This document shows, piece by piece, positions 1 through 9,607 of a DNA stretch of 64,000 nt (the stretch's first letter is position 1; every line of letters begins with the position of its first letter). The notes beneath the pieces are model-generated. The model made no database searches and had not been told where the DNA came from. It was given only the letters and a program-made list of their open reading frames with translations. A program made the position numbers and the translations under genes. This DNA comes from a candidate division WOR-3 bacterium (GTDB lineage Bacteria; Hydrothermota; Tepidihabitantia; Tepidihabitantales; Tepidihabitantaceae): the NCBI GenBank assembly GCA_965649225.1, contig CBFGJX010000001.1, positions 41,899 to 105,898 of the forward strand, given 5' to 3'.

Positions 1-182
1 AACCATCGTCTCGGATCCAGTAACCTCGTTGGGGTCAAGGGCAGCTGACCACCAAAAAGCAGGGCAGTCAACGAGGCAGCAACCCCGCCCACGATGAGCT
101 CCTGGTAATGAAAGGTCCACACGAGGACCAGCCAGAGTATCATGGCTGCCACCCAGTAGACCAGACGTTGTCCCAGCTTCAT
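1..182 (-). CDS. mnhE: Na+/H+ antiporter subunit E (MrpE/MnhE-like), 5' part only; runs off the window edge
   Basis: Not in the ORF track. Manual translation from ATG 182 gives MKLGQRLVYWVAAMILWLVLVWTFHYQELIVGGVAASLTALLFGG..., a hydrophobic MrpE-like N-terminus 1 nt after the mrpD-like stop. Confidence 0.75.
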   Translation of the reverse strand, partial: MKLGQRLVYWVAAMILWLVLVWTFHYQELIVGGVAASLTALLFGGQLPLTPTRLLDPRRW

Positions 183-183
183 C

Positions 184-1692
184 CTAACCTCCAAGCACGC
201 GACTGGCATAACCGATCCCGTCGAGTAAGGACCGGGTAGCCGGGCCGACCAACCAGTCGATAACTGGCCTCACCCCAAACCCGAAAGCTACACTCAACAG
301 GACCAGGACGACCATCGCCGCTGCCATTGTTGCCGGTGATTCTCTGGCCAGTGTCGCATCGACTCCACCGCGCAGCAGAAATGATTTTGTTGCTACCCGT
401 CCGAGGTAGGCCAGTGTCAAAACCGACAGCACCGCTATCAACAAAGCCAAGGGATACATCCGAACCTGAACTGCACCCAGCAGAATCAGCAGTTTCGAAA
501 AAAAGCCAATAAACGGCGGCAACCCCACGAGCGACAATGCACTAAGAATATATGACCACGTTGTCACTGGCATGGAACGTTCCAAACCCCTGACCACATC
601 AATGTCACGACTGCCGGCCTGTAGTTCCACTGAACCCGAGGTCAAAAAGAGCGTGCCCTTGCTAAGGGCGTGGGCAACGATATGCAGCAATGCACCCGCA
701 ACGCCCCAAAAACTGCCGATACCCAAGCCAACCAGGATGTAGCCGACTTGGCTGACACTTGAGTAAGCCAACATACGCTTCAAATCAGTCTGGACGAGAG
801 CCAGCAGTCCGCCGACAACTATCGACAACAATCCAAGTCCCAGCAACACGTCAAAAAAGACCGGGGCAGCGGCACGGGAAAGCCCGAAAACATTGAACAT
901 AACTCTGACCATCGCATAAATGCCTAGAACCTTGATGAACACTCCCGAGAGCAAAGCCGACACTGGTGCTGGTGCAGATGGATGTGCATCAGGCAACCAG
1001 GCATGGAATGGCACTACCGCCATTTTCACCGCGAAGCCAGTCAAGAAGGTCGCAACCAGAAACCAGTAGAACGGTGTCTTGCCCGCCGCTGCCAAAACCA
1101 AGGATGCATCGGCCATATTCAGAGTGCCGGTCCGGGCATAGAGCAATGCAATGGCGAGAAGTATCGTCAAACCGCCAATCTCGCCGATGACCATATACTT
1201 GAAACCAGCCTCAAGCTCATCGAAGTCAGTCCCGAATGCAACCAGAGCATACGAAGCGACTGCTGCAATCTCGATGAAAACGAACAGATTGAAAATATCG
1301 CCGGATACCACAGCCCCGTTCAAACCAACCAGCACCAGCAAAAAGAGAACATAAAACTTCCAGCGTGCCGTATAGTGATCGAGGTAGCGTATCGAAAAAA
1401 GCAAAGCAGCAGAAGCGACGACGTTGAGAGCCAACAGCATCAACCCGGTCAGTCCGTCGAAGACAAGAACAATGCCCAGCGGTGGTGGCCACCCACCCAT
1501 TCGGTAGACCAGCGTCGGGGAACCGCAGGCCACAAGCGCTACGCCATAGCCAGCCATGCCAAGCAGGACACTGCTGGCGAGGTTGGCGAGGATGTCACCG
1601 AAACCGCGCCACAGGCGACTGAACAGAGGGACGGCAAATGCTGCTGCCAGCGGTACAGCAACAAAGAGCGGCAGAAAACTTGAATCCGTCAT
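184..1692 (-). CDS. mnhD: MrpD/MbhH-like antiporter-like proton-translocating subunit (502 aa)
   Basis: About 14 TM segments with motifs DIFNLFVFIEI, KMAVVPFHAWLPDAHPSAP, DLKRMLAYSS, HALSKG. Confidence 0.9.
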   Translation of the reverse strand: MTDSSFLPLFVAVPLAAAFAVPLFSRLWRGFGDILANLASSVLLGMAGYGVALVACGSPTLVYRMGGWPPPLGIVLVFDGLTGLMLLALNVVASAALLFSIRYLDHYTARWKFYVLFLLVLVGLNGAVVSGDIFNLFVFIEIAAVASYALVAFGTDFDELEAGFKYMVIGEIGGLTILLAIALLYARTGTLNMADASLVLAAAGKTPFYWFLVATFLTGFAVKMAVVPFHAWLPDAHPSAPAPVSALLSGVFIKVLGIYAMVRVMFNVFGLSRAAAPVFFDVLLGLGLLSIVVGGLLALVQTDLKRMLAYSSVSQVGYILVGLGIGSFWGVAGALLHIVAHALSKGTLFLTSGSVELQAGSRDIDVVRGLERSMPVTTWSYILSALSLVGLPPFIGFFSKLLILLGAVQVRMYPLALLIAVLSVLTLAYLGRVATKSFLLRGGVDATLARESPATMAAAMVVLVLLSVAFGFGVRPVIDWLVGPATRSLLDGIGYASRVLGG

Positions 1693-1698
1693 AGCCGG

Positions 1699-2037
1699 CT
1701 ATCCTCTGAGCCTCCTTATTTCAGCGATATCGAAGGTCTTGTAGCGCTCATAAATCCTCATGGCGAGTGCCAGCATCAGTGCGGTAGTGGCAAGACCGAT
1801 GACAATTGACGTCAACACCAGAGCCTGTGGCAGTGGATCGACAAACTTGGTTGCAGTACCAGCCTCGGTAATAATCGGCGGTAGCGCTCCGCGACGATAG
1901 CCGATCACCGCAAAGAGGACATTGATTGCGTACTCCATCAGCGTGAAGCCAATCACAATCCGAATCAGGTTGCCTTTCGCCACTACGGCATAGAGGCCAA
2001 CAACAAAAAGCAGAATGCAAGCCAGGATCGGTACCAC
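1699..2037 (-). CDS. mnhC: MrpC/MbhG-like subunit (NuoK family)
   Basis: 3 TM segments; NLIRIVIG and DPLPQALVLTSIVIG motifs. Confidence 0.9.
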   Translation of the reverse strand: MVPILACILLFVVGLYAVVAKGNLIRIVIGFTLMEYAINVLFAVIGYRRGALPPIITEAGTATKFVDPLPQALVLTSIVIGLATTALMLALAMRIYERYKTFDIAEIRRLRG

Positions 2038-2039
2038 GG

Positions 2040-2480
2040 CTACTCCTTCATCGCAAACCTTGAAGCACCAAGCGCCAGAAAAACCGCCAGCAGTCCCGCG
2101 CCGACCTTGATGCCGATGGCGATATTTGCCGGCATTATCAGTCCGCCGCTAAAGAGATGCAACGGCCGCCCGATGCCGAAGATCGGACCGTTCAAAAAGA
2201 AGTATCGCCCCCCAACATAACCAGCGAGAGCGAGCGCGAGAAAACCGATCCCCCCGAGACTTTCAAATACCGAGGAAAAAGCGTAGGAGCTGCGCTCGGC
2301 GCTCTCTACGGAGCCAAAAGCAAGTGAAAACAGGATGAACGATGCTGCCACCAGGACACCGCCGGCAAATCCCCCTCCCGGGCTGAGGTGCCCATGGACA
2401 ATTATGTAGCAGCCATAAAGGAAAAGCATCCCCCCAAGCAGTCGAGCAATCGTTTGAACAATGAGTGACATGCCACGCAT
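2040..2480 (-). CDS. mnhB: MrpB/MbhF-like subunit
   Basis: HGHLSPGGGFAGG motif. Start moved to ATG 2480, which has a GGAGG RBS. Confidence 0.88.
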   Translation of the reverse strand: MRGMSLIVQTIARLLGGMLFLYGCYIIVHGHLSPGGGFAGGVLVAASFILFSLAFGSVESAERSSYAFSSVFESLGGIGFLALALAGYVGGRYFFLNGPIFGIGRPLHLFSGGLIMPANIAIGIKVGAGLLAVFLALGASRFAMKE

Positions 2481-2481
2481 A

Positions 2482-3042
2482 CTATCCCTCCGAACCTGAA
2501 TGGCCCGTCGTCCGGCGACCGACACGGCGCACAATAACGAGCACGCCGATCACCGCCGCAAACAGAACCGTGGCTTCGCCCAAAGTATCGTAGCCGCGAA
2601 AATCAAGGATTATCGCCGCCACGAGGTTTGCCGCACCGGTTCGCTGCAAACCAGTGCGGACATATTCATCAGCGACACGCATTACCGGATTGCCCCAAAA
2701 AACAGCTATCTCCGGCAATGCCCGAAGAGCCACGCCAAGGAGCAGAATGCTGAAAACGGCAAAAGCCGTCAGAGGCAGGACCGGTATCGAAGCTGGCCCG
2801 CGCGCGACAGTGCTGTCCGTGCTGGTCGTCCGCAAAACCACCGCTGCAAAAAAGACTACCGTGAGCACTTCAACAACTATTTGAACGATCGCCAAATCTG
2901 GAGCCTGCAAAAGCAGGAATACAATAGCAACGCTGAAGCCGACTATCCCCAGCGCCACCGCCGCTGCCAGCAAATCCTTAACATGAATCGCAACCAGTGC
3001 CGCCCCAAGCATCACTGCCAGCAATATGTAAAGCTCTATCAT
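2482..3042 (-). CDS. DUF4040 + MnhB-N domain subunit (MbhD/MbhE-like)
   Basis: APDLAIVQIVVE and NLVAAIILDFRGYDTLGE motifs. ATG 3042 overlaps the upstream TGA (TGATG). Confidence 0.85.
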   Translation of the reverse strand: MIELYILLAVMLGAALVAIHVKDLLAAAVALGIVGFSVAIVFLLLQAPDLAIVQIVVEVLTVVFFAAVVLRTTSTDSTVARGPASIPVLPLTAFAVFSILLLGVALRALPEIAVFWGNPVMRVADEYVRTGLQRTGAANLVAAIILDFRGYDTLGEATVLFAAVIGVLVIVRRVGRRTTGHSGSEG

Positions 3043-4955
3043 CACCGTACCAGGATCAACATTACATAGAAAACGACCGCCCCTAGGAATACCCAAGCGA
3101 CGTACAGCGGCAGGTAACCGGTCTGCACTCTGGACAACAGCTTGCCGCACAGCTGTGCCAATCTGCCAAGAAATGCAAAGATGCTCTCGAGAATCTGACG
3201 ACTAAACTCGCGAGCCAGACTGCCAGCTGATCTCAAGGCAGCATCCAGCCAGTTGTAGAGATCAAAGGCCCCGATTCCGCCGAAATAAATCAACTCGCCC
3301 AGCAAGGGCAGGGTCTTAACCGGACCGTAGAAGGCAGTACCCGGTACCCGGCTCTCGTCCAGCTCGGCAATGCTCTCGCCGCCCACGTAAGCTTTACCGG
3401 CAACCGGTGCAGCGGCAGTGCCCGAAATGTACACCACGATTCCGATACCCAGGGAGAGCAACAACAGTAATGTCGCCGGAAGCGGCTGCCAGATCCCTAT
3501 CGGTTCAAAGTGACCTGACGCCGGAAGCGAGCGCTGAAGCAATGTCTCGAGCCCGAGCTGCTTCTGAAACACTCCAAAGGCAATGCAGGCCAGAGCAAGA
3601 ATGCCGGATGGAAGCCACATCGAAAAACCGGTCTCGCGCACGCCCTCCAGTCGTGACGGTCTCTGCCCCAAAAATACCGCATGGAGCAGCTTGACGAACG
3701 AAGCAAGGGTCAGCACGCTCCCGACCATTGCCGCTACCAGAAAAACCGGAAACAATCTCTGGCCTTCTCCACCTGAAATCACTATACCTTGATAAACCAT
3801 CCACTTGGACAAAAAGCCGTTCAATGGCGGTAGTCCAGCGATGGCCAGCGCTGCAACCAGAAACGAAACAAATGTGGCCGGCATCTGCCCCGCCAGACCT
3901 CCCAGCTCATCGACACGATCCGTCCCCGTTCGCTCCTGAACTGAACCGGCCGCAAGGAACAACCCGGTCTTGTAAAGCGTGTTGTTCAGCATGTGGAGCA
4001 GGCCACCGGCAAGCCCGACCGGGACGCCGCTGCCGATGCCAATAATCATGTACCCAACCTGGGAGACGGCATGAAACGCCAGCAACCGCATCACCCGCTT
4101 CTGGACCAGTGCCATAATCACGGCGGCCAGAACTGTCAGCGAACCAAGAGCCATCAGACCAGTGCGAACGGCCATGTTCGACGCAATATCAAAAACGTAG
4201 ACCGAAAGCCGAAAGAGCAGGTATATGCCGAGCAGTTTGTCCAACGTCGCCGGAATGAGTGCCATCACAGGAGCCGGAGAATTCTCTGAGGCTGCCGGAA
4301 TCCACGAATGGAAGGGCATTGCGCCGGCCTTGGCCAGCGCCCCAACTGCCACAAGAACGAATGCCACCACCATAACCGGCTCAGCAAGTCGCATAGCAAC
4401 CGGAGGGGCAATTTCAAGCCAGCCACCGCTCACTGCCAGCAGCACAATCCCCAGCAGCATCGCGAAATCAGAAAGACCAACCAGGACCAGCATTTTCGTT
4501 GCCGCGACATGGCGGTCTCCCCGCCCGACCAGCAACAACCCGTAAGACAGAGCGAGAAGACAGCCCCAGAAGAAAAGCAGTACCAGCAGGTTGGCCGCAA
4601 GCAGAACACCAAATGAACATGCAAGCGCCAGAAGAGCATACAGGTAGAATCCGCGTTCCCCCGGCGTACTGCGCACGGCGCGAACTGAGTAGAGAATTAT
4701 CAGAGCGCCCAGCCCAGCCGCAAAAAGCAAAAGCAAACCCGAGAGAGCATCAAGCCGGAATGCAACCTCGATGCCAGCCCGTTGCAAAACACTGAACACT
4801 ATAACATCACGACGAGACTGAACGAATAGACAAATGACATAGTAGAGCGGAACGACACTGCCGATGAAACTGAGTTCAGCCCGCAACTTGCCGATGATGT
4901 AGGCAAGCAATGCCGATACCACGGGAATCAACATGATCAGCAGAAACGGGTGCAT
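3042..4955 (-). CDS. MrpA/NuoL/HyfB-like antiporter-like subunit with C-terminal extension (637 aa)
   Basis: KAGAMPFHSWIP, RLLAFHAVSQ, LPPLNGFLSKW, and a C-terminal amphipathic stretch ending QTGYLPLY. TGATG-coupled start at 4955. Confidence 0.88.
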   Translation of the reverse strand: MHPFLLIMLIPVVSALLAYIIGKLRAELSFIGSVVPLYYVICLFVQSRRDVIVFSVLQRAGIEVAFRLDALSGLLLLFAAGLGALIILYSVRAVRSTPGERGFYLYALLALACSFGVLLAANLLVLLFFWGCLLALSYGLLLVGRGDRHVAATKMLVLVGLSDFAMLLGIVLLAVSGGWLEIAPPVAMRLAEPVMVVAFVLVAVGALAKAGAMPFHSWIPAASENSPAPVMALIPATLDKLLGIYLLFRLSVYVFDIASNMAVRTGLMALGSLTVLAAVIMALVQKRVMRLLAFHAVSQVGYMIIGIGSGVPVGLAGGLLHMLNNTLYKTGLFLAAGSVQERTGTDRVDELGGLAGQMPATFVSFLVAALAIAGLPPLNGFLSKWMVYQGIVISGGEGQRLFPVFLVAAMVGSVLTLASFVKLLHAVFLGQRPSRLEGVRETGFSMWLPSGILALACIAFGVFQKQLGLETLLQRSLPASGHFEPIGIWQPLPATLLLLLSLGIGIVVYISGTAAAPVAGKAYVGGESIAELDESRVPGTAFYGPVKTLPLLGELIYFGGIGAFDLYNWLDAALRSAGSLAREFSRQILESIFAFLGRLAQLCGKLLSRVQTGYLPLYVAWVFLGAVVFYVMLILVR

Positions 4956-6190
4956 CAGTGCCCCCCCACACCGAGCCCGACTTCCAGCCAGTTGACTGGC
5001 ACCCCATACAGAAATCCCCCGGCGAAAACGATCAACGCGATAACCGCGATCGCGATTATCGGCATGATCGGCGGGGATTGCCACTCAAAATCAGTCGGAC
5101 CGCCACCGAGAAAAACGGCAGTAAAGAGCCGGGTCATATAGACAAGGGTCAACAGCGCGGCAACAATTGCGCCAACGCCGAACACCAGACCACGGTCGAC
5201 GGCACCAATCAAAATCCCGACCTTGCCAAAGAAACCGAAAGAAGGAGGAATTCCAACCACCGTAAGAGTCAACAGGGCCGTCATCACCGCTAGAACGGGT
5301 GAATGCTGCGCCACGCGCCCCAGTTTGCTTATCTCATTCCTACCAGTGGCCTCCTCAACTAGACCAAATGCGTAAAACAATCCAGATTTTGCCAAAGCAT
5401 GAGTTGCCAGGTAAAGAAGTGCTCCGATCACGCCGTAGTACGAAACAGTCGCTAGTCCTAAAATCACCAGCCCCATTTGCCCCATCGTTGAGTACGCAAG
5501 CGTAGTCCGGATACTCCGAGAAGCCAGTGCCGCACCACCAGCGATAAGACTCGAAATCACCGCCAAAGCGGCAACAAAAGGCAAAAACCCGTCCGCTGCG
5601 CGCATCCCGGTGACGAAAAACTTGAAAAACATCACACCCCCGACGCTTTCGGCAACACCGGAAAGCAAAGCACAGATTGGTGCCGGTGCTGCACGATAGG
5701 CCCGAGGTAGCCAGACGTACAAAGGCAACACGGCCGACTTTGCAATTATCCCCGTAAGCAACAGAACCGCAGGCAACAACTCGATAGTTCGGCCGGCAAG
5801 ACCCGCAAAGCTCAGTGTCCGGTGCTGCTCGAAAACCAAAGCCAACCCAACCAGCATCACTGCCGAGGCGGCAAAATTCATGTACCAGGTCCAGGCCGCA
5901 GCATCGGCACTATCGTCCTGGCGATAAAACAACACCAAACGCCAGATAGCAAAACCGGACAGTTCCCAAAGGACGAAACCAACCAGGAGATTGCCGGCAT
6001 AAGCAATCCCGATGCCGCATGCTGTCAGGAGGACAACGAAAGCATAATATTCAGCAAGCTGACCCGCCGCAGCACGCACTCGGTAGATCGAATAGAGCAG
6101 CACCGTCAGCCCGACTACGCCAAATACAGTTCCCAAAAAGAACTCGACGGCACCGCCGCCAAAGTCAAACCAGTTGACGGGCAAAGTCAT
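4955..6190 (-). CDS. N-terminally shortened antiporter-like subunit (MrpD/NuoM family, 411 aa)
   Basis: VLWELSG, KSAVLPLYVWLPRAY, TLAYSTMGQ, HALAKS. ATGA overlap at 6187-6190. Confidence 0.85.
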   Translation of the reverse strand: MTLPVNWFDFGGGAVEFFLGTVFGVVGLTVLLYSIYRVRAAAGQLAEYYAFVVLLTACGIGIAYAGNLLVGFVLWELSGFAIWRLVLFYRQDDSADAAAWTWYMNFAASAVMLVGLALVFEQHRTLSFAGLAGRTIELLPAVLLLTGIIAKSAVLPLYVWLPRAYRAAPAPICALLSGVAESVGGVMFFKFFVTGMRAADGFLPFVAALAVISSLIAGGAALASRSIRTTLAYSTMGQMGLVILGLATVSYYGVIGALLYLATHALAKSGLFYAFGLVEEATGRNEISKLGRVAQHSPVLAVMTALLTLTVVGIPPSFGFFGKVGILIGAVDRGLVFGVGAIVAALLTLVYMTRLFTAVFLGGGPTDFEWQSPPIMPIIAIAVIALIVFAGGFLYGVPVNWLEVGLGVGGH

Positions 6191-7386
6191 CCCAGCCGCT
6201 CCCGGATCCGCTCGGTCTTCTGCCACGAAAGCCTGAGCAATTCCTGCCAACCGTATTTCAATTTGCCATCTTCGAATGCCGCCATCCGTTCAGTACAGCA
6301 ATAACAGGGGTCAACCGCCGCCAGCGTCAGTGCCGCGTCGGCAATACTGCCCCCCCGCACCGCAACTATGTTGGAAGCAATATTCATGTAGCTGGGTGCC
6401 CTGACCTTGTGCCGCAAAGGCCGGTTGGTGCCGTCGGAACGAATGTAGTGAAAGACCTCGCCCCGCGGTGCCTCCTGGCGTCCGATGCCTTCGCCTGCCG
6501 GTATCTCGTCGATTCGGGTCTCGATCGGTCCGTCGGGCAGATGTTCAAGAGCGTACCGAACGATTTTGACCGACTCGATGGTCTCCAACAGACGGACCTT
6601 CGCCTTGGCAAAAACATCTCCTTCAGCACAGCACACGACATTAAAAGGCATCTCGGCATAAGCGGCACAAGGTTCGTCTCGACGGAGGTCGATGTCGTAG
6701 CCGGAAGCACGGGCAGTGGGGCCGACAACCGAATAGGCCACTGCCTGCTCGCGTGTCAAAACGCCAACTCCCTCCAGCCGGGCCCGCAGGACCGGGTCAT
6801 CGAGGACAGCCTTTGTCAGCATAACCGTCTTCTTCTCCACCAGGTCCAACGCCTTCAGAATATCCGGTATGTACTCCGGTTTGATGTCGCGTCGGACTCC
6901 ACCCGGCTTGTTAGCCGCGTAGTGATTCCGGTTGCCGGTGATCATCTCGAAAATCTGCAACACCGGTTCGCGATACCGCCACGCCCACATCCAGACCGTA
7001 TTGTAGCCGATGAAATGCCCAGCCAGACCTACCCACAACAAATGCGAGTGTATTCGCTCCAATTCCTGAATGATGACCCGGATATACTGTGCGCGCGGCG
7101 GCGGTGTGATACCGGCGCAGTCTTCCACCGCCAGGACACAGGCGAATGGATGGGAATTAGAACAGATGCCACAAATCCTCTCAACGAGGAAAGGGATCTG
7201 GTCATAAGTCAACTCTGGCGAAATGAACTCGTGACCGCGATGGTTGTAGCCGAGATTGATTTCCATATCAACCACGGTCTCACCCTCGACAATCAGCTTG
7301 AAGAATTCCGGCTCTTCCTGCAGCGGATGATACGGGCCGATCGGAACTATCCGTCTATTCTTCGTGCTGCCTAGCTCTGTGCTCAT
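6187..7386 (-). CDS. Group 4 [NiFe]-hydrogenase large subunit (MbhL/NuoD family, 399 aa)
   Basis: PIGPYHP; L1 ERICGIC and L2 DPCYCCTER with all Ni-binding Cys; EAPRGE. GGAG RBS before ATG 7386. Confidence 0.92.
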   Translation of the reverse strand: MSTELGSTKNRRIVPIGPYHPLQEEPEFFKLIVEGETVVDMEINLGYNHRGHEFISPELTYDQIPFLVERICGICSNSHPFACVLAVEDCAGITPPPRAQYIRVIIQELERIHSHLLWVGLAGHFIGYNTVWMWAWRYREPVLQIFEMITGNRNHYAANKPGGVRRDIKPEYIPDILKALDLVEKKTVMLTKAVLDDPVLRARLEGVGVLTREQAVAYSVVGPTARASGYDIDLRRDEPCAAYAEMPFNVVCCAEGDVFAKAKVRLLETIESVKIVRYALEHLPDGPIETRIDEIPAGEGIGRQEAPRGEVFHYIRSDGTNRPLRHKVRAPSYMNIASNIVAVRGGSIADAALTLAAVDPCYCCTERMAAFEDGKLKYGWQELLRLSWQKTERIRERLG

Positions 7387-7807
7387 AGTCTCTCCGCAGG
7401 GGCAGCCGGGAGGAATCCCAGTCGGTGTCCGAAGTGAGCAACGGCACCGGATTGGGATGACCGGCAAACTGGACGCCAAACATCTCGGCAATCTCGCGTT
7501 CAATCCATTCTGCAGCCGGAAACCAGACCGCCTGAGACTCCAAGACGGGATCGTCTTTCGGAACCATGACTTTCAGGGTATACATTACGCCTTGACTGTC
7601 GTCGGAAAAGTGGTACAGCACCTCATAGCCTTCGCGAGTGTCGATTCCCGTACAAATCGACAGCCGACAACCCAGCTCAAGATGCAACAGCCGACAGGCA
7701 GCAGTAAGGCTCTCGCGCCCGATACGAAGATAGTATCGCCGCGGGTTGTAGACCTGAACTTCAGCGTCGGGGAAACGCTCCCGGAAAGCCTGTTCGATTG
7801 CTGTCAT
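7355..7807 (-). CDS. NuoC/MbhK-like subunit
   Basis: AEWIEREIAEMFGVQFAGHP and PLRRD motifs. ATGA overlap at 7804-7807. Confidence 0.88.
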   Translation of the reverse strand: MTAIEQAFRERFPDAEVQVYNPRRYYLRIGRESLTAACRLLHLELGCRLSICTGIDTREGYEVLYHFSDDSQGVMYTLKVMVPKDDPVLESQAVWFPAAEWIEREIAEMFGVQFAGHPNPVPLLTSDTDWDSSRLPLRRDYEHRARQHEE

Positions 7808-8220
7808 AGTCTTGCCAGCGCCCGGACAACGCCGAGTATCATTGCTTCGGGTTTTGGCGGGCAACCCGGCACATAAGCGTGCATCGGCAGATGGCGGTCA
7901 TAGGGCCCAACGGCGTTGTAGGAATTGCGAAACAACTGTTTGCCACAGGCGCACGTGCCAATCCCGATAACCAGACAGGGCTTAGCAGTCTGCCGGTAAG
8001 TCTCGAGTACACGCGGCAACGATTTGCGGTTAATGACGCCGGTCACCAGCAACGCATCGGCGTGACGCGGCGAGCCGACCAGAACAACTCCAAACCTTTC
8101 AACATCGTACCGGGGAGTGAGCAACTCCAGTATCTCGATGTCACAGTTGTTGCATGACGCCGCCGCCAAGTGATACACCCACGGAGCGCGTTTCAGCCCC
8201 CAGAGTCCAACTCTATTCAT
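7804..8220 (-). CDS. Hydrogenase small subunit (NuoB/MbhJ-like)
   Basis: SCNNCDIE, SPRHAD, GTCAC, PGCPP. Confidence 0.92.
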   Translation of the reverse strand: MNRVGLWGLKRAPWVYHLAAASCNNCDIEILELLTPRYDVERFGVVLVGSPRHADALLVTGVINRKSLPRVLETYRQTAKPCLVIGIGTCACGKQLFRNSYNAVGPYDRHLPMHAYVPGCPPKPEAMILGVVRALARL

Positions 8221-9146
8221 AGACCCACCGACGCAAGTATGACCGCGGCGATGCCGACAGCGCCCAGTACAAACCAGAAAAAGCGCAATGCCTGATCAAC
8301 CCGGAGACGTGGATTGGTGTTCTTAACCAGAATCACCGGGACAACAACCGCAAGAATTTTGAGTACTGCCCACCAATCACGGACTCCGCCCCACAACACT
8401 GTCACCAGAAACACCGGCAGGAGCAGCAACATCATCGCCCGGGTTATCCGGAATGCTGCCAGCGTAACCCCGGAGTACTCGACAAAAACCCCGCCCATGA
8501 TTTCCTGTTCAGCCTCGGCCATATCGAACGGCACAAGTCCCAGCTTGGCCTGAATCACCAGCAGAATGATGACTGCTGCCAGCACCCCGGAAATCGAGTA
8601 AAGAAACGGCCCCTGCTCTAACTGTACCCGTACCATCTCACCGAGTCTCAAGGCACCGTTCGCCTTGATGACCGGTACCAGCAGAGCAAGCACAAACGGA
8701 AACTCGTAACCGAGGTACAGGGTCATCTCCCGCGAGGCTCCGACTGCAGCGAGCGGGTTTCGGCTGGCTGATGCACCCAGCAGCACCCCCAGTGGCGGCA
8801 AGGCAAAAAGATAAATCAGCACAAGGATGTCGCCGATAAACGAACCATCGGGCTGGTAATTGACATAGAACAGTAGCGCACCGACTAGACACATTCCCGC
8901 CAGCCCAAGCAAGGGTGCCAGCAGGAAAGTTGCACGATGAGCGCCAGCCGGCACGATCGTCTGCTTTATCGAAAGCTTGAGCAAGTCGGCCCAGGGTTGA
9001 AAGATCGGTGGCCCCTTGCGCATCTGAACACGGGCGCTGACGAAACGGTCTACCCAACTTAGAAGCATGCCGACATTCGCACTGAACAGAAAACTCAGCA
9101 GGACTGCAAGAGCATATTCCAGCCCTCTGGTGTACCCGAGGTTCAC
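8217..9146 (-). CDS. NuoH/MbhM-like membrane subunit
   Basis: ARVQMRKGPP, QPWADLLKL, GASREM, PFDMAEAEQEI, NPRLRVDQ. GTG 9146 has a GGAGG RBS and a GTGA overlap. Confidence 0.9.
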   Translation of the reverse strand: MNLGYTRGLEYALAVLLSFLFSANVGMLLSWVDRFVSARVQMRKGPPIFQPWADLLKLSIKQTIVPAGAHRATFLLAPLLGLAGMCLVGALLFYVNYQPDGSFIGDILVLIYLFALPPLGVLLGASASRNPLAAVGASREMTLYLGYEFPFVLALLVPVIKANGALRLGEMVRVQLEQGPFLYSISGVLAAVIILLVIQAKLGLVPFDMAEAEQEIMGGVFVEYSGVTLAAFRITRAMMLLLLPVFLVTVLWGGVRDWWAVLKILAVVVPVILVKNTNPRLRVDQALRFFWFVLGAVGIAAVILASVGL

Positions 9147-9607
9147 GAGCGCCTCCAATGCGCCGACCGCCCGAGCAACCGAGCTCCAACCCGAACCTCT
9201 CGCGTCGTCTCGACCTCGACAAACTGCAAAGCACCGGTAGGGCAGGTTTGGACACAACGCGGTCCCTCCGGCCGGTCACTGCACAAACTGCACTTCTGCG
9301 CCATATGTCGGACAAGCTCAGGCTGTATCACACCAAACGGGCAGGCCAGAGCGCAGGAACGACATCCGACGCAGTGGAAATCAGACTTGCGAACGACGCC
9401 ACCGGCAGGGTCACGGACAATAACCCCGAACGGACAGGCAGCGGCACATAACGGCTCAGCGCAGTGCCGGCATGCCTGAGGCAGAAGCGTACCGGGGTCA
9501 AGCTCAGCATGCCGGATCCGTGCCTCGCCCTTGAAACGGGACCGGCACGCCGCTTCGCACGACCGGCAGCCGATACAGTAATCCAAACGCAGTACAATGC
9601 TCTTCAC
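9143..9607 (-). CDS. HycB/HyfA/DmsB-like 4x[4Fe-4S] electron-transfer protein
   Basis: CIGCRSCEAAC, CRHCAEPLCAAAC, CVGCRSCALACP, KCSLC..P.CVQTCP. GTGA overlap at 9604-9607. Confidence 0.9.
   Translation of the reverse strand: MKSIVLRLDYCIGCRSCEAACRSRFKGEARIRHAELDPGTLLPQACRHCAEPLCAAACPFGVIVRDPAGGVVRKSDFHCVGCRSCALACPFGVIQPELVRHMAQKCSLCSDRPEGPRCVQTCPTGALQFVEVETTREVRVGARLLGRSAHWRRS

Noticed and set aside
6187-7386. Ehr/Mbx-type (NiFe-less) or complex I NuoD assignment
   Set aside because: Both CxxC Ni-binding motifs are intact (RICGIC, DPCYCC).
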